Assembly (NCBI RefSeq): GCF_009914755.1
Contig: NC_060928.1
DNA length: 64,000 nucleotides
DNA from: the human T2T-CHM13v2.0 reference genome, Homo sapiens
Direction: 5' to 3' (one strand)
Shown piece by piece: positions 26,481 through 37,879 of this stretch. Below the pieces are notes generated by a model. The model was not told the origin of the DNA, made no database searches, and worked only from the letters and a program-made list of their open reading frames with translations. Every line of letters begins with the position of its first letter. Position 1 is the stretch's first letter. A program made the translations under genes and the position numbers.

Positions 26481-28148
26481 ACAGCTTAGTGCTTGCCATT
26501 GACAAACGTTAGCTCTCGACTTAATCCTGGGTCACTTATAAGCAGACTGCTACTTCAACCTAGATCTCCACTCATTATGTATAAGTTGTTCATCCAGCAT
26601 TCAAAATGAGACCAAATTAGATATTTGGTGATGATGCTGATGAGTGATTGTCAGCAAATCGGACACTGGTTGGAGTTTGGGACTATTTTCTATATAGACG
26701 CATATGCCAAAGTTAACTATTGCTTTGAAAAGTCTTCATTAATGAAGAATAGAAAGAACCAGAAACATAAGATGAAGGACTAGGCTCTAACTAGAGATCT
26801 TGAAAAGAAGCATAATATTCCAATAGTGGTAGTGTGGAGTGGGGAAGCTTGCAGTGCACAGGGGCCAAAAATATCATGATCCTGAGAAAATTTTAAGATA
26901 GCCATGGAAAACTAAAGGCATAGGCAATATTATGCTTGAAAACTGCCTAGCATTTTAATGGAGAGCTCTTTTCTCTTGTTAGAGAATATTAAAGCATGTA
27001 ACAGCTGGCCAAGGGCCAAATGCACTTGAATACCCCATGTTCTCAAAAATGGTAGGGTTGTTGTTTCTACCTGGGATAGAGCTGACCAGAAAAATGAAAT
27101 CCTTTAACTACTTTGCTTTTTAAATGGCGTTTGGGGGTTTATACTCAGAGTGAACTCACTAAACCACCTGTGTTTTTATTTTACTGAAACAAAAATGCTC
27201 TTTCCAAACTCTAATTAAAGTTTGCTGTTTAAGCTAGCCTTTTATGTGGTGACTGCAGCCATGGAGTGTGAGATCCTTTAATGTCTTATTGAGCCACTAC
27301 TGTTGTTCATGGATAGGGGAATAATGGAAAGCCAAAATGTACATTTATTTCTGCCCAGTGGTAAATATTTGAAATTATAGTGCTTACATTTCAGAAAGCC
27401 ATTAAACATAGAATAAATTGATATGAGTTTGACCCAGTTCAGGTTTGGAATTGTTGCAGGCATCATGCATTGTGATGCTATAGAAGGAAAGCTTTCTAAA
27501 ACCTGCTGGTATCACCCTGGCACAATGCTATAAAAATTCTTGAAATCTTTTATTTCTGTATTAGACTTATGACCACACAAGGTGGAAGTAAGGACAACAT
27601 TGCTGAAAATGACCTAGGCATTAATGAGATGGACTGCTGTGCAGGGAGTATAGAGCTCCTGATACCGGAAGAGGGAAAATCTTTTTCTTAACTCCTGACC
27701 TCCTCAGGCACCACATTTAGAAGGTTAATAGTGTGATGAATGAGAGGCACCTGAGTTGAAACCTTGATGTGGCTTCATCTCTTGCTCATTTGAAGACCTT
27801 TAGAAAAAAAATTTTTCTTTAACTTCTCTGTGGTTATGAAACTACACAGAAGTATTGGAGGATAGAATGATATAAAATGTATAAAGCTCATAGTGATAAA
27901 TTTATATACATTTTTTATGGCTCAGCTCAAATCTGCCTCCTATAAACTGACGCCTATGGCCATTCCTTCCTCTGCTTCTGTCACATGAATCTTTGTGCTG
28001 CATAATTAACAAGAGAGGAAACACTACATATGCTCTAAGAGTGTCTGCTAAGAAGGGGAGCAGCATTACATGCTTATTTACCTTTGGAAGTAAAAAAGAA
28101 AATATGCTCCCCACCCCAATAAAAAGTTATTAGGCTAACAATTTAGAC

Positions 28149-28367
28149 CAGGGGTCAGCCAACTAGGGCTCTCAGGCCAATTCCAGCCAGCTGCTTAGGT
28201 CAATAAAGTTTTATTGGAAAACAGCTATGCCCATTTATATCCATATGTCTATGGCAACTCTACTGCCACAACAGCAAAAGTCAAGTATTTGCAGCAAAGA
28301 CCGTATAACCTACTAGACCTAAAGTAGTTACCATCAAGCCTTTTACAGAAAAAGTTTGTAGACTCCA
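28149..28367 (+). mobile_element. MER58A hAT-Charlie
   Basis: caggggtcagccaacta...aataaagttttattggaaaacagc...ttttacagaaaaagtttgtagact. Confidence 0.9.
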
Positions 28368-28598
28368 CTCTATGAACGTATGCCCCTAATAAATTATATG
28401 AATCTATCGTTCTCTCAGTTGGCTTCTGTTTTATTCTGTGGTTTGAAGGTGGTTCCCAATGTTTAAAGGTCAAGAAAGCAAGGGTTTTTTCCTATTGTCT
28501 ATTATATGCAATGTATGCAACTCCTTCATATGGTACAGCTAAGGAAACAGTAACCTGTTCATACATAAGAAGAAAACTGACTATTGAAAGAATTCATA

Positions 28599-28897
<299 letters not shown>

Positions 28898-29237
28898 TCA
28901 TAGATGGTTTGTAGATTCTTCAGTGTGCCATTACTCAGAGGAAAGACAATTATAATTTCCACTCTAAAGTGATACTCTCACTTTAGGCACTAATGTTTAA
29001 GCTTCAGTCATGCTCCCTAATACCAATTTAAGTTGTGATTCGACTATACAATACAGCACAGTTAAAAATACCTTCAGCTGTTTCTTCAGATGTTTTGCAG
29101 CATTTTTAATGTTCTGCTTTATCATCCAGTCATAATCCTACATGCTTTTAGTCAAGGTACTCAATTAAGTTCTCTTTGAGCATGCTGACTCACATATGTA
29201 TCTCTAGGCCTCTGACTTCCTTGTTCCTTCTACTTGG

Positions 29238-29680
29238 TGTAGCAGATACCACCAGGTGTCTTTCAATATCTACCCTTCCCTTTTTCTTGGAAATAGCTTT
29301 TTTTTTTTTTTTTACCAGAACATATGCCTGCATAGCCTCCCTTTTGGCTTGGAGTGGTCATGTGATTAGGTTATGCCTAATGGAAAATATAAGGGGAGGT
29401 GGTATGTGCAACTTCTGGGTCATGACCATATAGGGAGAGATTGTCCTTCTTGCCCTGGCTAATCTTCCACTATTCTGCAGCCTAGATTGTTAATGTAATA
29501 ATGAGATACCCTGGACAACACAGAAATATTCTAAGAGTAGTGGAGAAACATGATAGGTTCCAGGTTTCTGATATTGGGGAGCTGCCAGAAAAGGCATAAC
29601 AGTTGTAAGCAAGAGAAACATGCCTCTGACTTCTTGAAGCTACTTTATTTGGAGTCTCTCTTTTATGAAGCAATATCTAC
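29238..29680 (+). mobile_element. MLT1J-like MaLR LTR
   Basis: tgtagcagatacc...agcctcccttttggcttggagtggtcatgtgattagg...gtgcaacttctggg...gaagctactttatttggagtctct. Confidence 0.75.
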
Positions 29681-29684
29681 TTTC

Positions 29685-29980
29685 TTTTTGTTTTTGCTGT
29701 TTTCCTGGGACAGGGTCTTGCTCTGTCACCTAGGCTGGAGTTCAGTACAGTTTCAAACTTCTGGGCTCAAGAAATCCTCTTGCCTCAGCTTCCCAAGTAG
29801 CTGGGACTACAGGTGCATGCCACCATGCCTAGCTAATATGTTTATTTATTTTATTTATTTTGTCGAGACAGAGTCTTGCTATGTTGCCCAGGTTGGTCTC
29901 AAACTCCTGGGTTCAAGTGATTCTCCTGCCTCAGCCTCCAAAAATATTGGGATTACAGGCATGAGCCTCAATGTCCTGAC
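29685..29980 (-). mobile_element. AluJ
   Basis: gacagggtcttgctctgtcacctaggctgg, ctgggctcaag, tatgttgcccagg; TSD caatatctactttct / caatacctattttct. Confidence 0.9.
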
Positions 29981-30579
29981 CAATACCTATTTTCTGATGG
30001 AAACCCAGTCACTAGCCTCAAAGTGTGTACAGTCAAGTAATTAAGTTAACTGTTTATCAACTCGTTATATCAATGAGTATGTAATTTAAGTTTAAATATA
30101 TGCAGGAATCTGTATCTTATAGAGGCTTTTAAAATTTTTATTTTTATTTTTTTTCAAAAGGATCTAATCAATGTGCTGTGAGAGGAAAATAAAATTCTCT
30201 TCTGAAGTAAAGACATCGAAAGTTCTAGAATTTATTATTTATTTCTGATACTTTGCACTTTGCTCTTTTCTGCCTGGTAAGCTCTTTCTTCCATGTGTAT
30301 AGCATATACAGCTTTAGCATAGGAGTTTCTCCCTCACTTTCTTTAGGCCTCTGCACAAATATCACATGAATGGAAAAGATTTCCTGATGTTATGCAAAAG
30401 CATCCCTAATAGCATTGTTAACCACCTGACATACTCTATAGTCATGTATTTACTAAATGCCTGACCCTCCACACTCATACACTAAAAAATATGTTCTAGG
30501 CAATTCCAAACTGCATCTGTTTTACTTTATTAACTATTCTTTGGAATGAAGAAAAATGCCTGACAAGAACTAGATCCTT

Positions 30580-30933
30580 TGATATGGCTTGGCTGTGTCC
30601 CCACCCAAATTTAATCTTGTAGCTCTCCAAATTCCCATGTGTCATGGGAGGGACCTGGTGGGAGATAATTGAATCATGGGGATGGGTTTTTCTCATGCTG
30701 TTCTCATGAAAGTGAATAAATCTCACCAGATCTGATGGTTTTAAAAACCACAACTTCCCTGTACAAGCTCTCTTCTTTTGTCTGCTGCCATGTGAGATGT
30801 GCCTTTCACCTTCTGCCATGATCGTGAGGCCTCCCCAGCCACATTGAACTGTAAGTCCAATAAACCTCTTTCTTTTGTAAATTGGCCAGTCTTGAGTATA
30901 TCTTTATCAGCAGCATGAAAACAAAATAATACA
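30580..30933 (+). mobile_element. THE1A/B 5' LTR
   Basis: tgatatggcttggctgtgtcccc...gtccaataaacctctttcttttgtaaatt...aataataca. Confidence 0.95.
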
Positions 30934-32505
30934 GTAAATAGGTAACAGTAGAGTGGAGCACTGATAAAAAGATATGCTAAAATGTGAAAGCAACTTTGGA
31001 ACTGGGTAACAGGCAGAGGTTGGAATGGTTTGGAGGGCTCAGAAGACGACGGAAAAGTGTGGGAAAGTTTGGAACTTCTTAGAGCATTGTTGAATGGCTT
31101 TGACCAAAATGCTGATAGTGATATGAACCATAAGGTCCAGGCTGAGGAGGTCTCAGATAGAGATGAGGAAATTGTTGGGAACTGGAACAAAGGTGACTCT
31201 TGTTATGTTTTAGCCAAGAGACTGGCAGTATTTGCCCCCGCCCTAGAGATTTGTAGAACTTGCAACTTGAGAGAGATGATTTAGGGTATCTGATGAAAGA
31301 ATTTCTAAGCAGCAAAGCATTCAAGAGATGACTTGGGTGCTATTAAAGGCATTCAGCTTTATAAGGGCAGCAGAGCATAAAAGTTCAGAAAATTTGCAGA
31401 CTGACAATGTGATAGAAAAGAAAATCCCATTTTCTGAGGAGAAATTCAATCTGGCTGCAGAAATTTGCATAAATAACAAGGAGCTGAATGTTATTCCCCA
31501 AGACAATGGGGAAAATATCTCCAGGGCATGCCAGAGGTCTTCACAGCAGTCACTCCCATCACAGGTCCAGAGGCCTAGGAGGAAGAAGTGGTTTTCTGGA
31601 CTGGGCCCAGGGTCCCTGTGCTGTGTGCAGCCTAGGAACTTGGTGCCCTGCATCCCAGCCACTCCAACTGCGGCTGAAAGGGGCCAATGTAGAGTTTGGG
31701 CAGTGGTTTCAGAGGGTGCAAGCCCCATGCCTTGACAGCTTCCACATGGTGTTGAGCCTGCATGCAGGTGCACAGAAATCAAGAATTGAGGCTTGGGAAC
31801 CTTGGCCTAGATTTCAGAGGATGTATGGAAATGCCCAGATGTCTAGGCAGAAGTTTACTACAAGAATGGTGCTCTCATGGAGAACCTCTGCTAGAGCAGT
31901 GCAGAAGGGAAATGTGGGGTTGGAGCCCCCACACAGAGTCCCTACTGGGGCACCACCTGGTGGAGCTGTGAAAAGAGGGCCATTGTCCTCCAGACCCCAG
32001 AATGGTAGATCCACTGACAGCTTGCACTGTGTGCCTGGAAAAGCCGCAGACACTCAACACCAGCTCATGAAGGCAGCCAGGAGGGAGGCTATATCCTGCA
32101 AAGCCACAGGGGCAGAGCTGAACAAGAACATGAGAATCCACCTGTTGCATCAGTATGAGCTGGATGTGAGACATGAATTCAAAGGAGATCATTTTGGAGC
32201 TTTAAGATTTGACTGCCCTGCTGGATTTCAAATGTGCATGGGGCCTGTAGCCCTTTTGTTTTGGCCAATTTGGAACAGCTGTCTTTACCTGATGCCTATA
32301 CCCCCATTGTATCTAGGAAGCAACTAACTTGCTTTTGATTTTATGGGCTCATAGGAGGAAAGGACTTGCCTTGCCTCAGATGAGACTTTGGACTGTGGAC
32401 TTTTGTGTTAATGCTGAAATGAGTTAAGACTTTGGGAAACTGTTGGGAAGGCATGATTGGTTTTGAAATGTGAAGACATGAGATTTAGGAGGGGTCGGGG
32501 TGAAA
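30934..32505 (+). mobile_element. THE1-int (MaLR internal region, ~1.57 kb)
   Basis: gtaaataggtaacagtagagtgg...ggaactgggtaacaggcagagg...ccagaccccagaatggtagatcc...gagatttaggaggggtcggggtgaaa (polypurine tract). Confidence 0.95.
31030..32327 (+). pseudogene. Frameshifted remnant of the MaLR internal ORF (pieces 31030-31284, 31328-31735, 31488-32327)
   Basis: Peptides EGSEDDGKVWESLEL, ENLQTDNVIEKKIPFSEEKF and QKSRIEAWEPWPRFQRMYGNA lie in different ORFs inside THE1-int. Confidence 0.75.
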
Positions 32506-32871
32506 TGATATGGTATGGCTCTGTGTCCCCACCCAAATCTCACCTTGTAGCTCCCATAATTCCCACATGTTGTGGGAAGAACCTGGTGGGAATTAATTGA
32601 ATCATGGGGGTGGGTCTTTCCCATACTGTTCTTGTGATAGTGAATAAGTCTCACAAGATTTAATGGTTTAAAAAAAGGGGGTGGGGTCCCTGCACAAGCT
32701 CTATTCTCTTGTCTGCCACCATGTGAGATGTGCTTTTCACCTTTGCCTATCATTGTGAGGCCTCCCTAGACATGTGGAACTGTTTTATTTGAGTCCAATA
32801 AGCCTCTTTCTTTTGTAAATTGCCTAGTCTTGGGTATGCCTTTATCAGCAGTGCCAAAAAAGATTAATACA
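32506..32871 (+). mobile_element. THE1A/B 3' LTR
   Basis: tgatatggtatggct...gattaataca; shares the cttgtagctc short form with the 5' LTR; degenerate TSD tcctt/cccct. Confidence 0.95.
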
Positions 32872-32949
32872 CCCCTAATAAAGTTTTGCTGAGTGATTGA
32901 ATGAATCAATGACCACTTATCAAGAAGACCAGAACCACCATCATATAGA

Positions 32950-33245
32950 CAGTAAAGGAGTAGTGACTGAGATGAGCCTCAGAGCTAGGCTGAACCAGCT
33001 CCTGAAGGTGCATGTCAGTCACATGAAGAGTTTTGTCTTTCTCCCAAGAGCAGTAGAAGACATTGAAAGGTTTTAAAGGGACCAGAGTGCTTGTGATCAG
33101 ATTAGGGAATGTGAAGAGACCATTCTCTCTCCAGTGTGGAAAAGGGAGGGAAGTCAGAGTTGTAGTGGGGGAGCTGTGGCAGACCATTGTAGTCATTTAG
33201 GGAAGAGATTGTGGTCATGTGGATTTGGGTGGAACAGCAAGGCTA
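32950..33245 (-). mobile_element. L2 fragment
   Basis: gagttttgtctttctcccaagagcagtagaagacattgaaaggttttaa...tgtgatcagatt...cagtgtggaaaa. Confidence 0.75.
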
Positions 33246-33319
33246 TGCTTTGGAAAGAGTGCTGGTCGTTTTTCAAGTTTCTCTCATTTCATCTGCTCTC
33301 CCTAGGCTCTGTGTCCCAG

Positions 33320-33982
33320 GGCCTTAGTCAGCCCAGGCAGCTATAACAAATTACTATAGGCTGGGAGGCTTATATGCAGCAGAAATTTATTTCTTACTGG
33401 AAGGCTGGAAATCTGAGATCAGGGTGCCAGCATGGCCAGGTTTTGCTGAGGGATCTCTTCAGAATTTCAGACTGCTGATTTTTTTCTTTTTTTTTTTTTT
33501 GAGACGGAGTTTCACTCTTGTTGCCCAGGCTGGAGTGCAGTGGCATGATCGCAGCTCACTGCAACCTCCACCCCACGGTTCAAGTGATTCTCCTGCCTCA
33601 GCCTCCTGAGTAGCTGGGATTACAGGCACATACCACCACGCCTGGCTTATTTTCGTATTTTTTTAGCAGAGACGGGGTTTCACCATGTTGGCCAGGCTAG
33701 TCTGGAACCCCTGACCTCAGATGATCCAACCACCTCGGCCTCCCAAAGTGCTGGGATTACAGGAATGAGCCACCACGCCATGTCCAGACTGCTGACTTCT
33801 AACTTTATCCTTTCATGGCAAAAAGGGGAAGGACCCCTTCTAAGGTCTCTTGTATAAGGGCACTAAATCCATGCATATGAGTGGGCCCCAACTCCTGAAG
33901 GCCTCCACATATCATCATAGTGAGGATGGATTAGATTTTAACATATTTATTTTGGGGAAACATAAACATTCAATCTATAGCA
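33320..33982 (-). mobile_element. MLT1A-like MaLR LTR, interrupted by an Alu
   Basis: gccttagtcagcccaggcagctataacaaa...tggggaaacataaacattcaatctatagca; TSD cccag/cctag. Confidence 0.85.
33482..33785 (-). mobile_element. AluSq-like
   Basis: gagtttcactcttgttgcccagg diagnostic; TSD agactgctga(t/c)tt. Confidence 0.95.
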
Positions 33983-34495
33983 CCTAGATACCTTGCCTAC
34001 TGGCTTCTGGCTGGATTTGCCAATAGGAAGCACCTGCAGGAGACTTGCGGGTGTAGGAAAGGGAGAATCAAAGTATTAATCCCACTTCTGCCTGAAAACA
34101 GTTTTCAGCGCAGTTACTGTGTGTCTTTTATGGTTCCAGCTCTCACCTCCCTCAGCCCCTCTTTCTGTGGTCTCAGCTGCCACGGGGCAGTCAACCTCCT
34201 TGGATCCAGCTCCTACATGGTGTCCCCAGCTTTGAGTGGTACCATGCTTTCTGCTCTCTCCCATTGTGAGACTGATAGATGTCTCCTGCAGTTGGTCATC
34301 TCTGGCTGGCCTTTTAGTCCCCTGTTTGGTTTACCAATAATTCATTATCTGACTAACCAATTTCCTCTATTATATTATGTATTTCTGAAAAACTCAAAGC
34401 ATTTTTGTTTTATGGACAGGACACTGGCAGATACAGTTCTATAGTCTGCCACATTGATACCTTTCTTTAAAAAACTTTATTATAGAAATGAGTAT

Positions 34496-35144
34496 TATAC
34501 ATATATGTATATACATACATACATACATACATACATACACACGTACATACATACACACGTACATACATACACACGTACATACACACGTACATACATACAC
34601 ACGTACATACACACGTACATACATACACACGTACATACACACGTACATACATACACACGTACATACACACGTACATACATACACACGTACATACACACGT
34701 ACATACATACACACGTACATACACACGTACATACACACGTACATACACACGTACATACACACGTACATACATACGTATACACGTACATACACACGTACAT
34801 ACATACGTATACACGTACATACACACGTACATACATACGTATACACGTACATACACACGTACATACATACGTATACACGTACATACACACGTACATACAT
34901 ACGTATACACGTACATACACACGTACATACATACGTATACACGTACATACACACGTACATACATACGTATACACGTACATACACACGTACATACATACGT
35001 ATACACGTACATATACACGTACATACATACGTATACACGTACATATACACGTACATACATACGTATATACGTACATATACACGTACATATATACGTATAT
35101 ACGTACATATACACGTACATATATACATACATATATATATATAT
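34496..35144. repeat. Alternating purine/pyrimidine minisatellite built on ACACGTACATAC with 28- and 32-bp higher-order units
   Basis: Parsed directly; it has no stop codons, which creates the five 220-232 aa artefact ORFs. Confidence 0.98.
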
Positions 35145-37269
35145 TCATGTAGTACAATTTCTTCTAGGAAGAAATTGCTACTTTAAATATGATGAATAGC
35201 ATTGCAAGCTTCTTGGAAACAATGTTTACATCCCTTTATCTTCTTACTTTCCAGGTACTAGCTCCAAGTTTGCCTTGTTTAAATCAGAGAGAAAATGTTA
35301 GCAACACTGTGGCCTTAGGCATATGGATGTTTGGAAGTAAAGATTCTAATCATTGACTCTCTTTTGCTGTTATCTCTCTAAATAAAATGGACAACATAGG
35401 CTTTTTATGTTTTGCTATTTTTCCATTAAAAATTATAGATCTTATTACACCATATTTCTGCTGCAAATTAGCTTAATAGCAGTTAGCACAGTATATCATC
35501 GGTGTGGCCCAGCTGCTATTGTTTTTATTGCACTATTCCACTGCCTTGGGGTAATTACCTTTGAGACCTCAAATGCATTTTCATATGTAAAACTCATTCT
35601 TTCATGTTTAGTATTTTGAAGTATACAACCTCAGCATTTGTTTTATTTTCTCATATTTATTCATTCACAATGACCATTTCATAATTAGCTTTAGATGTTC
35701 TCATAGAAGTCTCAAGGAGCACATCCAAGGGCACGCAAATGCACTCTGTGTTTTTCAGAACCCAAGAGGTATTTAACACTTTGGCAGGAGTTTGGGGCTG
35801 TGTAGAAGCCGTGAGTGATGATTCTAGTTCCTGCCTTTGCATGCATTAACTGCTGGTCGCCTCTGAATAATTGGCTAAAAATATTGGTTAACACATCAAG
35901 TGAAAATGTATGTGGCAGTGCCTGTCTCCATCGTCCCAGGAGAACATCTGTCCACTTCCCAAATCCACTAAACAATTTGGCTCTGTCTGTGTGACTGGCA
36001 GCCGTTCCCAGTGAGGCCCTTTGCCACAAAGCAGGGACGGAGGAAGTTTGGGCTTGAGTTGTGTTGGCAGGTTTTGTTGAAACACTTGGAGAGTAATTTT
36101 ACAAAATTTGCCCGCTGGTGATATTAGCCCTTTATTTTTGTGAAAGTCAAGAGGAAAAAAGAAATCACAACTCTTTCTGTGCATATAAATTGCTTTGGGA
36201 AATAACTCGTTGGGTATATTCAGGTTATTCTGTAAAAATGTGTTGAGCTTCTCCAAGCTGAAGGCTTGACCCCTACTCTCAAAATATTCAGTTTTTCACA
36301 GGGCCAGAAACATTAAAAAATACAATTTCTTATAGTGAACATGCAGACTATTCTGAGGGACAAAGGTATTGCATCTGCATGGAAAAAAAGAAAACTCAGA
36401 AAAAAAACAAACAAATTCAAAATGTCATAGTACAATTTAATTAAAAAGAAATTGAATCAAGGACAAATTGTTCAACTAGATTCAAGATTGCAAATCAATG
36501 CTAAAGCTTAGAATTTGCCATCTGAAGAGCCATTTTCTATTGTTTGGTTTATGTATCCAAGCTATATGTGGACATGCTGTCATAATGATCATGAGGGTGT
36601 TGGCCCCCTTTGAAGATATACGTACTATCAAGAATTGCCTGAATTGCTGGAATTAGCATAGGAATTTCAAAACATTCATCTCTAAAATCATCCACCTGCA
36701 TTTTCTGCTAATACCAAAAACTTCTATATTACATATTTTCCTGCATCATTAATAGTTTATTTTGAACTTTGAAGTCACTGCATATTTAGGCTCTCTGAAG
36801 GAAGCAAGGAATGTGCAGATTACCAAAGAGGCTTTCCATCATCCCTGGCTGAAATATATAGTCATCAGCCCAAATCTCCTTGGTTTTCTAGACCTAACTC
36901 TGTTGTATCAGAAATTTCAAAAGATGATTTGATCTGTTTAACATAGATCTGGAGTTTCTGTTGGTGACATGGATTATCTGCTGGAACTTCCAACTTCATT
37001 AAGGGTTGATCATTTCTCTTGATGGAAATCAATTTCTGGTATTTATGTAGATAAGTAGTGGTTCAAAGCATCTCCAAATTAACAGGCTAGGAAGTCAGAT
37101 AAAATTTAGAAGACTGCTATTCCTGTTATTTTAAAAGCTTAATGACTTTACAGGGGAAATGTTTGCACACAATTCTCCCATTTAGGATAAGATTTTGACA
37201 AGGATCCTGGATGAACTTAAAGGCACATAAACTTGAATCTGGATATATTTTTAAAAAATTGAATATGCA

Positions 37270-37585
<316 letters not shown>

Positions 37586-37879
37586 AAAACGGTATATGCA
37601 TCTAAGAGTGGTTTATGCATGTATTAATATATAAATATATAATATGTTATATACATAAAAATAAATATAATCAGTCTCCTAATTTTCATATCTGCATCTG
37701 TTTTATTGGTGTTTTCATGCAACTGCACTTACTATAGTAATTTAGCACAAAGGAATGACATTAATCCCCTCACCACCTCACCAAGATCCTGTTCCACATA
37801 TGCATCTTAAATTACGAAACCCTTTGGAAATGCATGTTTTCTCACTCTCTCTGCATTCCTATACAGTCACTCATGAGCC

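Larger units (their letters stand above)
30250..32910 (+). mobile_element. L2 3' end split by the THE1 provirus
   Basis: tttgcactttgctcttttctgcctggtaagctctt...aatgcctgacaag | taataaagttttgctgagtgattgaatgaat. Confidence 0.65.
33280..34435 (+). mobile_element. LTR33-like ERVL LTR, interrupted by MLT1A
   Basis: cttgcctactggcttctggctggatttgccaataggaagcacctgcaggagac...ggacaggacactggcagataca. Confidence 0.65.

Noticed and set aside
29550-30044. 164-aa ORF and similar ORFs at 11858, 14604, 24001, 39945, 43774, 45609 and 62605
   Set aside because: These are Alu-derived open frames (LECSG, SSWDYR, PASAS signatures), not genes.
34439-35186. Five overlapping 220-232 aa ORFs (HTYTRT / VCMYVR repeats)
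   Set aside because: A strict RY alternation cannot contain TAA, TAG or TGA, so all frames are open by construction; this is not evidence of coding.
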